From contig NC_091980.1 in assembly GCF_044704955.1 (NCBI RefSeq), forward strand, positions 11,222,001-11,286,000: a stretch of 64,000 nucleotides of DNA. The letters run 5' to 3'. Position numbers and translations under genes: made by a program. Below are positions 36,546-47,464 of the stretch, piece after piece (within the stretch, counting starts at the first letter, position 1; every line of letters starts with the position of its first letter). The DNA comes from Pristiophorus japonicus. Lineage: Eukaryota. The notes beneath the pieces are model-generated. The model worked only from the letters and a program-made list of their open reading frames with translations, searched no databases and had not been told where the DNA came from.

Positions 36546-38939
36546 ATGGCGAGTGTGCTGATGAACGGGGCGTCTTTCATTTTCCTGCTCTGTGTGTCGG
36601 ACCTGGTTTCGGGACAGATTCGCTACTCGATTCCCGAGGAGATGGAGCACGGGGCCTTTGTGGGGAACGTCGCTGAAGATTTAAGACTAAATGTTTGGGA
36701 ATTACCAGCCCGTACGTTCCGGCTGGTCTCTGTTGAGAAGAAGCAATACATGGAGGTAAATCTGGGGAATGGGATTTTATTTGTTAATGAAAGAATCGAC
36801 CGAGAACAGCTCTGTAGAGAAAGCACCACCTGTTCCCTTTCTTTGCAAATTACGCTGGACAATCCTTTGGCAATGCATCGAGTTGTAGTGGAAATATTAG
36901 ACGTAAATGATAATTCACCTAATTTTTCCCAGGACGAATTTTCTCTGCAAATCAGTGAGTTAATTGCGCCGGGGGCGCGCTGCCCTCTCGAGAGCGCGCA
37001 CGACGAGGACGTGGGCACAAACGCAATCACCACTTATCAGATCAGTCCAAACGAGCACTTCGGTATTAAAGTGCAGACAAGAAATGATGGGAGTAAAAGC
37101 GCTGAATTGTTATTAGAGAAATCCTTGGACCGTGAACAACAGTCAACATTTGAACTGGTACTGACGGCTATTGACGGTGGGATTCCCCACAGATCTGGCA
37201 CAGCTCGGATTATCGTTACTGTAGTGGACATTAATGATAACGCACCTGTATTCGGTCATGACATTTACAGGGCGACAGTAGCAGAGAACGCCGTAAAAGG
37301 TACTTTAGTTATAAAAGTCAAGGCTACTGATTTGGATGAAGGCACTAATGCTAAACTAACATATTCATTCACCAAACATGTTTCACACAAAATTTGTGAA
37401 TTGTTCAAAGTGGAGCCGGCAACAGGAGAGATCAGAGTTCAAGGAGTATTGGATTTTGAAGAATCAAATGTTTATGAACTTGATGTACAAGCTGTGGACA
37501 ATGCTTTACCTGGATTGGCAGGACACGCCAAAGTTATGGTCGCATTAATTGACGTTAATGATAATTTCCCCATGGTAGAGGTGACGTCGGTATCCAGCTC
37601 GGTCTCTGAAGATTGCGTGCCCGGGACGGTAATAGCCGTCATCAGTGTCACAGATTTAGATTCGGGGAAAAATGGACAGGTACAGTGTCAAATTCCCGGG
37701 GTTGTTCCATTCAAACTTCAAAAATCTTCAAGGAATGAGTATCAATTGGTAACACGCGATATTCTGGATAGGGAAAAAGCCCCACTTTACAACATCTCTA
37801 TTTCGGCCTGGGACGGCGGGTCACCCCCTCTTTCAACAAGTAAAACTATCTTGGTTTCAGTTTCTGATATCAACGACAACGCACCGAGGTTCACACAATC
37901 CTCATACAGCGTGTATCTAATGGAGAACAACACTCCAGGTGCTTCTATATTTGCTGTTACCGCTCTAGATCTTGATTTGGACCAGAATGCTGACCTTGTC
38001 TATTCTATTCCGGATATTCAGTTACAAGGGGTACCTGGGTCTGCATACGTCACGATGAACTCCAGAAATGGGAAAATTTACGCGCTGCGCTCCTTTAACT
38101 ATGAGCAAGTGAAACATTTCCAGATCAAAGTTCAAGCCCAGGATGCTGGCTCTCCCCCACTGAGCAGCATCGCTACCGTGAATGTTATTATCTTGGACCA
38201 AAATGACAATGCTCCGGTTATTGTTTCACCTTTAACGTGGAACAATTCAGCATCAGTGGAGATTGTGCCTCAGTCTGTGTATCCAGGATACCTGCTCATC
38301 AAGGTAATCGCCGCTGATGCTGATTCCGGTCAGAACGCACGGCTTTCCTACCAACTGTTGGAGGCCACTGATCCCAGTCTGTTTACTGTGGGGCTTCTCT
38401 CTGGGGAAATCCGAGCAACTCGGCGATTTATGAACCAAGACATCATCACAGAAAGACTGATCCTCTGTGTGAAGGATAATGGACAGCCGAGTCTCTCCAG
38501 TACGGCCACAATCTCCTTTTCAATCGTCCCCAATGTTACTGAAACATCGTCTGAGCGAAGCGACGAACCCTTTCATTCGGAGGATTTTAATGATCTAAAT
38601 CGTTATTTAATCATCATTTTAGGATCAACTTCGTTTTTGTTTCTTGTAACTATCATATTTCTGTTCGGCTTGAAGTGTAAAGAAGACATAAATATTGCTG
38701 AAGGTGACAGCTGCACAGTCTGTTGTTGCCGACGGAGAAATTCGAATGCTCCCTCTTATCGGTCACCTGCTCCAAACCAACCATTTAATTATTCCGGTTC
38801 TGCCCAGACTGAAGAGTACCGGTATACCGTGTGTTTATCACCAGAATCATCAAAGAGCGATTTTCTGTTTCTAAAACCCTGTCATCCTACCTTGCCTTTC
38901 AATGAAGTGAGTGCGCGGGCTACCAAAGCTATGGCATAA
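36546..38939 (+). CDS. Clustered protocadherin variable exon 2; spliced exon probably ends at 38906
   Basis: 797-aa ORF colinear with exon 1 (six EC repeats, TM, same cytoplasmic motif). Confidence 0.97.
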   Translation: MASVLMNGASFIFLLCVSDLVSGQIRYSIPEEMEHGAFVGNVAEDLRLNVWELPARTFRLVSVEKKQYMEVNLGNGILFVNERIDREQLCRESTTCSLSLQITLDNPLAMHRVVVEILDVNDNSPNFSQDEFSLQISELIAPGARCPLESAHDEDVGTNAITTYQISPNEHFGIKVQTRNDGSKSAELLLEKSLDREQQSTFELVLTAIDGGIPHRSGTARIIVTVVDINDNAPVFGHDIYRATVAENAVKGTLVIKVKATDLDEGTNAKLTYSFTKHVSHKICELFKVEPATGEIRVQGVLDFEESNVYELDVQAVDNALPGLAGHAKVMVALIDVNDNFPMVEVTSVSSSVSEDCVPGTVIAVISVTDLDSGKNGQVQCQIPGVVPFKLQKSSRNEYQLVTRDILDREKAPLYNISISAWDGGSPPLSTSKTILVSVSDINDNAPRFTQSSYSVYLMENNTPGASIFAVTALDLDLDQNADLVYSIPDIQLQGVPGSAYVTMNSRNGKIYALRSFNYEQVKHFQIKVQAQDAGSPPLSSIATVNVIILDQNDNAPVIVSPLTWNNSASVEIVPQSVYPGYLLIKVIAADADSGQNARLSYQLLEATDPSLFTVGLLSGEIRATRRFMNQDIITERLILCVKDNGQPSLSSTATISFSIVPNVTETSSERSDEPFHSEDFNDLNRYLIIILGSTSFLFLVTIIFLFGLKCKEDINIAEGDSCTVCCCRRRNSNAPSYRSPAPNQPFNYSGSAQTEEYRYTVCLSPESSKSDFLFLKPCHPTLPFNEVSARATKAMA
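38907..38912 (+). promoter_or_regulatory. 5' splice donor of variable exon 2
   Basis: GAA|GTGAGT after codon 787. Confidence 0.8.
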
Positions 38940-39294
38940 TTTAGACAACAACTTTTATGCTGACAGATAATTCACCCTGCTAAAGAGATATATGCTATGT
39001 GATCAATTAGAAAGTAGGTTTTGTGCATTTGTCTCAATGCTCACATTGCTAGTAGAGGGCTTGATATGGTAAATGTGTTTCATGTTGTTCCTATAAGGGG
39101 TGGTAAATATTCCTGCCGCTTTTCTGACAGACCTGAGTAGCACACACCCAACTAACCTTAGCATGAAACCTGGCTTCTAATTGTTTCAATTTCTGCTTTG
39201 CTAAAGCACATAATCAAAATGTCGTTTCTCTTTGCGCTGCTGCGTTAGTGTTGTATCGCATGTGTATTTTACTGGTTATATCTTAAGACAAAAA

Positions 39295-40268
39295 TGCCCC
39301 AGAAATTGCGGTCAGAGGCTTCCTACGGGCGGGCTCCTCCGACAGAATTTTTTTAACCAAAGTACCTTGTGGCACTTGCCACATATGGGCTCACGTATTC
39401 CAGGTGCATATGTGCAGCGTGGGATCACGTGGGCCGGTCGAACAAATGAAAATGGCGTTTCCATATTCACAGTTAAGGTGAGTTCTGTTTGTTCGGAGAT
39501 ACCTATTTCTGTGAATGGGAATACCCTGTAAGACACAAATATTTTAAATAAATAAGAAAAACACTTTACATATTTAAAATTAATTTGATTTGAATTTAAT
39601 TAAATGTTTTTGACAAAATAAAATATTTTTTGAAATTTTTAATATGTTTTAATAGGGGTAAAATAATCTTACCTTAATGGACAGGGTTTTTAATATAAAA
39701 GTTATTGATAAAATGTTATGTTTCTATCTCTTAACACAAATGCAGACTATCAGGCCCCAGGGCTATATCAGCCTTCAATCCTATCAATTTCCCTACCACA
39801 ATTTCCCGTCTAATAAAGATTTCCTTCAGTTCCTCCTTCCCGCTAGACCCTTGGTCCCCTAGTATTTGTTCAATTGCTCTGCCATTTTTTTGTTAATTGA
39901 AATTGAATTAAATTTAACGTTTTAGAACAAAATTTAAAAAAAATTTTTTTTAGTAATATGCTTTAATAGGGTTAAAAATAAACATACCTTAATTGAAAGG
40001 GTTTTTATTATAAAAATTAGTAGTAATTTGCTTTTACCAGGCTTAAGATATTTAAGGACATCTGCTGGACAGGGTTTGGGCAAATAGCCAAAATCGCCGT
40101 CCGGAAAGCCCCTTCTCCTGAGGATGTGTGTGATGTTTCAATGGAAATTTTGAAATATCGCAGGGTTTAGGCGCATGTGCTTCGCATGCATACGCTCGGA
40201 AATTGTGCGGCCTTCTCGGGCATGTGCACACATCGCACAACGCGGGAAGGGCCGCAATTTATGGCCCA
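39295..40268. mobile_element. Fused Harbinger MITE pair (left part of MITE1 + ~145-bp CR1 filler + right part of MITE2)
   Basis: Left TIR CCCAGAAATTGCGG, right TIR CCGCAATTTATGGCCC; 39746-39890 is reverse-complement CR1. Confidence 0.78.
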
Positions 40269-43200
40269 ATGTAATCATTCAATCAAATTTTTGAAATCCA
40301 ACTATTTTTCAGATTTGCTTCTGACTTTCCATAATACACAGGGTTGTTGGTGAAGTAATCTAGTTGATAACAAATTGGGTAACCGCGACTCGTAAAATGT
40401 TCATTGTGAATAACTGCAGCATTGGTTGCTCTGTAGTTGATACCGTAATAGATATTCTCAATGCTAATGGTGTCACAATTTCGTGTCACAGCTTGTGTCT
40501 TGCATGCTAGCTATTGTTTTATAAAGAGAGTATACGACCCTCTGATCATACAATCCAGTCACTGCGTTCTTGCAAATAATTCAATATGCTTGTGTAAATG
40601 CTTTTGTTTGCTATTTTCCCCAGCAACTAATGTTTCTAATGTTTAAAATATGTAATTAAAATAAATAAAATCGAAACAATTACAGAGTTCACAACAATAT
40701 GATTAAGAATGTCGACTGAAAGGTCCAATTATGACCTCATTGACATTTTCATTAGAAAGCCGTACTCCGTCCTGTGCTGGGCCCTGATAGTTTTGCATAT
40801 TGCTGTGATTCTCTGAACGGAATTTGGATTGTGAAGTCAGATGGAACGAATCGCTTCTGCAGGAATTAGGGAAGGTGTCTCACAGCCTAGTTAAGCAAAT
40901 CTTTCAGCCAACGTCTCAGACTCCATCACCACTACGGCTCAGTGGCATACAGTTGCGAAGGAGTCTTCAAAATTTAATCCAGACCCCAGGAAGTCTCATG
41001 TCATCAGGTCAAACATCAGCAAAGAAACCTGCTACTTTTTATCACTTACCACCCATACCTGATGAATCGTTACTTGTCCACATTGGACATCACTTGGACG
41101 AAACACTGAGGGCAGCAAGGGCACAGAATGTACTCTGCGTTCGTGATTTCAATGTTCATCACTAAGAGGCGTTCGCTTGTCGTATTACTGACCGAGCTGT
41201 CCTAGTTTAGAAGGTTATATATGCCAGACGAGGACTGCGGCAGATGGTAAAAGAACCAAGACGAGGGAGAAAATGACGTGACCTCGTCCACACCCATCTA
41301 TCTGACGCAGATGCCTCTGTCCATGACAGCATTGGCACGAGTGACAGTCCTTGTGGTGACGAATTTCCATCTTCACCCTCCAATGTGTTGTGTACCACTG
41401 CGACCATGTAAAATGGAATGGATTCAGAACAGGCCTAGAAGCTGAAAACAGCAACCATTAGGCGCTTTCAGCTATTAGTATGCTACTACAATCTGTAACC
41501 TCATAGCTACGTTATTGCAAGATACAACCAAGTGCACTGGATACAGCAAAGGCTATGGGCTCTGAAAACATCCCACTACCATGCTGCAGACCCATGCTTC
41601 TGTACTTCCCATGCATTTAGCCAAGCTGTTGAAGTACAGCGACAACACTGGCATCTACAAGAATTATGAAAAATATCCCAGATATGTCTTTTCATCAAAA
41701 ACAGGACAAATCCAAACTAATCAATTATCACCCCATCAGTCAAGAAAGAAAGAATTCACTTATATAGTGCCTTTCACAAACACCGAATGTCTCAAAGCGC
41801 TTTACTGCCAATGAAGTACCTCTGGAGTGTAGCCACAGCTGTAATGTGAGAAACCCCCCCAGACTCCCACAAAGATTTTAACTATCCTAATATTGATTGG
41901 GACAAATATAGTGTGAAGAGTATAGAGTGTGCGGAATTCTTAAAATGCATTCAACAAAACTTTTATAGTCAGTATGTAACAAGCCCAACACAAGAGGCAG
42001 CGGTTTTGGATTTAGTTTAGTGGAATGAAGCTGGGCAGTTTAAGCGGTATTATTGGGCGAGTATTTGGGTGCCAGTGACCATAATTCAGTCAGATGCAAG
42101 TTAGTTAAGGATAAGGACAAGGATAAGCCTGGAATAAAAGTTCCAAATTGGGGAAAAGCTAACTTTGCTAAGTTGAGTGATTTGGCCACATTGGACTTCA
42201 AACAGCTACTTTTATTTAAATCACTGTCGGAACAGGTGGAGACTTTTAAGGAGGAGTTCCGAAATGCTCAGGCCAAACATGTGCCCTTAAAGAAAAAGGG
42301 TGGGAATAACAATTGTTGAGCCCCCTGTATGTCTAGGGACTCACAGGCGATGATAAAGAAGAAGAAAAAGGAAGCTTATGTCATATACTGGTGCCTAATA
42401 TGATAGAATCTTTGGCGGAATATAGAAAGTTAAGGGGTAACATTAAGAACTATATTCGGAATGCAAAGAGAGAGCATGAAAAATTCTTGGCTAGTAAAAT
42501 TAAGGACAACCCAAAGATGTTCTCTAAATATATTAAGAGCAAAAGGGTAATGATGAACGGGTACGGCTTATTAGAGACCATGAGGGTAATCTTTGCCAGG
42601 AGGCAGAAGATGTTGGTGGTGATTCTTAATGAGTACGTTGCATCTGTTTTCAGAACTGAAAGTGGCAAGGCAGATACGGCTATCGAGCAGGACTGTGAAA
42701 TTCTGGATGAAATAAACATAGTGAGAGAGGATGTATTAAGGGGTTTAGCAACTATGAAAGTAGATAATTCCCCAGGCCTGGATGAAATGCATCGCAGGTT
42801 GTTGAGTGAAGTAGAAGACACAATAGCTGAGGCTTTGACCATCATTTTCCAGTCCCCTTTGTATTTGGGCATGCTGCCGGAGGACTGGCTAATGTAATAC
42901 CCTTGCTAAAGAAGGGAGAAAGGGATAGGCCAAGTAATTACAGGCCTGTCAGTCGCGCCTCAGTTGTGGGAAAATTATTGGAAAAAGTCCTGAAAGACAG
43001 AATAAATCTGCATTTGTTAAGGGAAGGATTAATTATGCGCAGGCAGCATGGAAATGTTATGGGAAGATCATGTTTGACTACCTGTTTGAATTTTTTGAGG
43101 AGGTAACTAAGAGGATCGATGAGGGTTGTGCGTACAATGTGGTGTATATGGACTTTAGCAAAGCTTTTGATAAGGTCCCACATGGTGGACTGGTCATGTA

Positions 43201-43801
43201 GGTTAAAACCCATGGGATCCAGGGCAAAGTGGCTAGTTGGATCCAAAATTGACAGAGGTAGGAAGCAAAAGGTAATGGTTGATGGATGTTTTTGTGACTG
43301 GAATGATGTTTCCAGTGGTTTCCACAGGGCTCAGTACTGGGCTCCTTCCTGTTTCTGGTATATATTAATGATTTAGATTTGAAGATCAGCAGTATGATTA
43401 AGAAGTTTCCAGATGACACTAACATTTTCTGCGTGATTGATGATGTAGAGGAACGTCATGGACTGCAGGAGCATACCAATCTACTGGTTAGGTGAGCAGA
43501 GCAGTGGCAAAAGTAATTTAATTGGGAGAAGTGTGAGGTAAAGCATATTGGGAGGACTAATAAGGAAAGGATATACATTAAGCAGTAGGTCACTTAATAG
43601 TGTAGATGAATAAAGGCACCTTTGAGTGTTTGTTCACATATCATGGAAAGTAGCAGGCCAGCTGGAATAGGTGGTTAAGAAGGCATACGGAATGCTTGCC
43701 TTTATTGGCCGAGGCATAGAATACAAGAGCAGGGAAGTTATGCTTAAATTGTATAATACTCTGGTTAGGCCACAGTTGGACAACTGCTTGCAGCTCTAGT
43801 C

Positions 43802-46800
43802 ACGTGCTAGTCAGAGTAGGAATCGCAGGATAGCTCAGATGAATACGTGGTTTGAGCAGTGGTGCAGCAGGGAGAGATTCAAATTCCTGGAGCATTGGAA
43901 CCGGTTCTGGGGGAGGTGGGAGCAATACAAACCAGACAGTCTGCACCTAGGCAGGACTGGAACCAATGTCCTAGGGGGAGTGTTTGCTAGTGCTGTTGGG
44001 GAGGAGTGAAACTAATATGGCAGGGGGATGGGAACCAATGCAGGGAGACAGAGGGAAACAAAAAGGAGACAAAAGCAAAAGACAGAAAGGTGATGAGTAA
44101 AAGTGGAGGGTAGAGAAACCCAAGGCAAAAAACATAAAGGGCCACTGAACATAAAGGGGTTGCAGGAGGGGTCAAAACTAAAAATCATGGTTTAAAAACT
44201 AGTATTAAAACACTCGACCTAAACACACGCAGCATTCGAAATAAAGTAAATGAGTTGATGGCACAAATCATTACAAATGGGTATGATTTGGTGGCCATTA
44301 CAGAAACGTGGTTGCAGAGTGGCCAAGACTGGGAATTAAACATACAGGGGTATCTGACGATTCGGAAGGATAGACAGAAGGGAAAGGAGGTGGGGTAGCT
44401 CTGTTAATAAAGGATGATATCAGGGCAGTTGTGAGAGACGATATTGGCTCTAATGAACAAAATGTAGAATCATTGTGGGTAGAGATTAGAGATAGTAAGG
44501 GAAAAAAGTCACTGGTGGGCGTAGTTTATAGGCCCCCAAATAATAACTTCACGGTGGGGCGGGCAATAATCAAGGCAATAATGGAGGCATGTGAAATACG
44601 AACGGCAGTAATCATGGGGGATTTTAACCTACATATCGATTTGTCAACTCAAATCGGCCGGGGTAGCCTGGAGGAGGAATTCATAGAATGCATACGGGAT
44701 TGTTTCTTAGAACAGTATGTTACAGAACCTACAAGTGAGCAAGCTATCTTAGATCTGGTCCTGTGTAATGAGACAGGAATAATAAACGATCTCCTAGTAA
44801 AAGATCCTCTCGGAATGAGTAATCGCAGTATGGTTGAATTTGTAATACAGATTGAAGGTGACGAAGTAGTGTCTCAAACGAGCATACTACACTTAAACAA
44901 AGGGGACTACAGTGGGATGAGGGCATAGTTGGCCAAAGTAGACTGGAAACACAGACTAAACGGTGGCACAATTGAGGAACAGTGGAGGACTTTTAAGGAG
45001 CTCTATCATAGTGCTCAAGAAAAATATATTCCAGTGAAAAAGAAGGGCAGTAAGAGAAGGGATAACCAGCCGTGGATAACCAAGGAAATAAAGGAGAGTA
45101 TCAAATTAAAAACAAATACGTATAAGGTGGCCAAGGTTAGTGGGAAACTAGAAGATTGGGAAAATTTTAAACGACAGCAAAGAATGACTAAGAAAGCAAT
45201 AAAGAAAGGAAAGATAGATTGCGAAAGTAAACTTGCGCAAAACATAAAAACAGATAGTAAAAGCTTTTACAGATATATACAACGGAAAAGAGTGACTAAA
45301 TTCAATGTTGGTCCCTTAGAAGATGAGAAGGGGGATTTAATAATGGGAAATGTGGAAATGGCTGAGACATTAAACAATTATTTTGCTTCAGTCTTCACAG
45401 TGGAAGACACAAAAACCATGCCAAAAATTGCTGGTCACAGGAATGTGGGAAGGGAGGACCTTGAGACAATCACTCTCATTAGGGGGGTAGTGCTGGACAG
45501 GCTAATGGGACTCAAGGTAGACAAGTCCCCTGGTCCTAATGAAATGCATCCCAGGGTATTCAAAGAGATGGCGGAAGTTATAGCAGATGCTTTCGTTATA
45601 ATCTACCAAAATTCTCTGGACACTGGGGACGTACCAGCGGAGTGGAAAGCAGCTAATGTAACGCCTTTGTTTAAAAAAGTGGGCAGACAAAAGGCAGGTA
45701 ACTATAGGCCGGTTAGTTTAACATCTGTAGTGGGGAAAATGCTTGAAACTATCATTAAGGAAGAAATAGGGGGACATCTAGATAGGAATAGTGCAATCAA
45801 GCAGACGCAGCATGGATTCATGAAGGGAAATCATGTTTAACTATTTTACTGGAATTCTTTGAGGATATAACCTGCATGGTGAATAGAGGTGTACCGATGG
45901 ATGTGGTGTATTTAGATTTCCAAAAGGCATTCGATAAGGTGCCACACAAAAGGTTACTGCAGAAGATAAAGGTACGTAGCATGGATAGAGAATTGGCTGG
46001 CTAGTAGAAAGCAGAGAGTCGGGATAAATGGGTCCTTTTCGGGTTGGAAATAGGTGGTTAGTGGTGTATCACAGGGATCGGTGCTGGGACCACAACTGTT
46101 TACAAAATACATAGATGACCTCGAAGAAGGGACAGAGTGTAGTGTAACAAAATTTGCAGATGACACAAAGATTAGTGGGAAAGAGGGTTGTGTAGGGGAC
46201 ACAGAGAGGCTGCAAAGAGATTTACAAAGGTTAAGCGAATGGGATAAGGTTTGGCAGATGGAATACAATGTCGGAAAGTGTGAGGTCATCCACCTTGGGA
46301 AAAACAACAGTAAAAGGGAATATTATTTGAATGGGGAGAAATTACAACATGCTGCGGTGCAGAGGGACCTGGGGTCCTTGTGCATGAAACTCTTTTAGGG
46401 AGTTAACGGAAAAACATTAAACCGTGCCCCCCGATCTGGGGGAAACACCAACATTTACATTGCCATTTTATTTTTGGCACAGAATTGAATTTTTCTCCAA
46501 TTGCCCCCTATAAAAGGGGAGGGGGACACTAAAAGCATTGGCAATTAAAACAAATTAACTTAAAAACATAAAATCAAATTAAAATTTGGTTGCCGGGCGT
46601 GATGTTGCACTCCAGTCCCTCCGGTGCCCACCTCTCGCGGAAGGCCGCGAGCGTACCGGTGGACACCGCGTGCTTCATCTCCAGGGACACCCTGGACCGG
46701 ATGTATGTGCGGAAGAGAGGCAGGCAGACTGGCTGAACGATCCTTGTGCATGAATCCCAAAAAGTTAGTTTGCAGGTGCAGCACGTAATCAGGAAGGCGA

Positions 46801-47464
46801 ATGGAATGTTGGCCTACATTGCGAGAGGGATGGAGTACAAAAGCAGGGAGGTCCTGCTGCAACTGTATAGGGTATTGGTGAGGCTGCACCTGGAGTACTG
46901 CGTGCAGTTTTGGTCACCTTACTTAAGGAAGGATATACTAGCTTTGGAGGGGGTACAGAGACGATTCACTCGGCTGATTCCGGAGAGCAGGGCGTTGCCT
47001 TATGATAATAGATTGAGTAGACTGGGTCTTTACTCGTTGGAGTTCAGAAGGATGAGAGGTGATCTTATAGAAACATTTAAAATCATGAAAGGGATAGACA
47101 AGATAGAGACAGTGACGTTGTTTCCACTGGTCGGGGAGACTAGAACTTGGGGGCACAGCCTCAAAATACGGGGGAGCCAATTTAAAACCGAGTTGTGAAG
47201 GAATTTCTTCTCCCAGCGGGTTGTGAATCTGTGGAATTCTCTGCCCAAGGAAGCAGTTGAGGCTAGCTCATTGAATGTATTCAAGTCACAGATGGATAGA
47301 TTTTTAACCAATAAGGGAATTAAGGATTACGGGGAGCGGGTGGGTAAGTGGAGCTGAGTCCACGGCCAGATCAGCCATGATCTTGTTGAATGGTGGAGCA
47401 GGCTCGAGGCGCTAGATGGCCTACTCCTGTTCCTAATTCTTATGTTCTTATAGTCTTATGTTCT
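43802..47464 (+). mobile_element. Younger CR1 'C' (ORF1 C-terminus + ORF2), private to spacer B
   Basis: TSD AGCTCT(A/G)GTC (43792-43801 / 47465-47474); ORFs 44431..44928, 44929..45840, 46054..46398 and 46746..47198; (TTCTTATG)n tail. Confidence 0.92.
46389..46740 (-). mobile_element. Tx1-clade (L1 group) retrotransposon 3' end
   Basis: Perfect 14-bp TSD TCCTTGTGCATGAA (46375-46388 / 46741-46754). Minus frame reads VQPVCLPLFRTYIRSRVSLEMKHAVSTGTLAAFRERWAPEGLECNITPGNQILI*, resembling Tx1 ORF2 C-termini. Confidence 0.8.
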
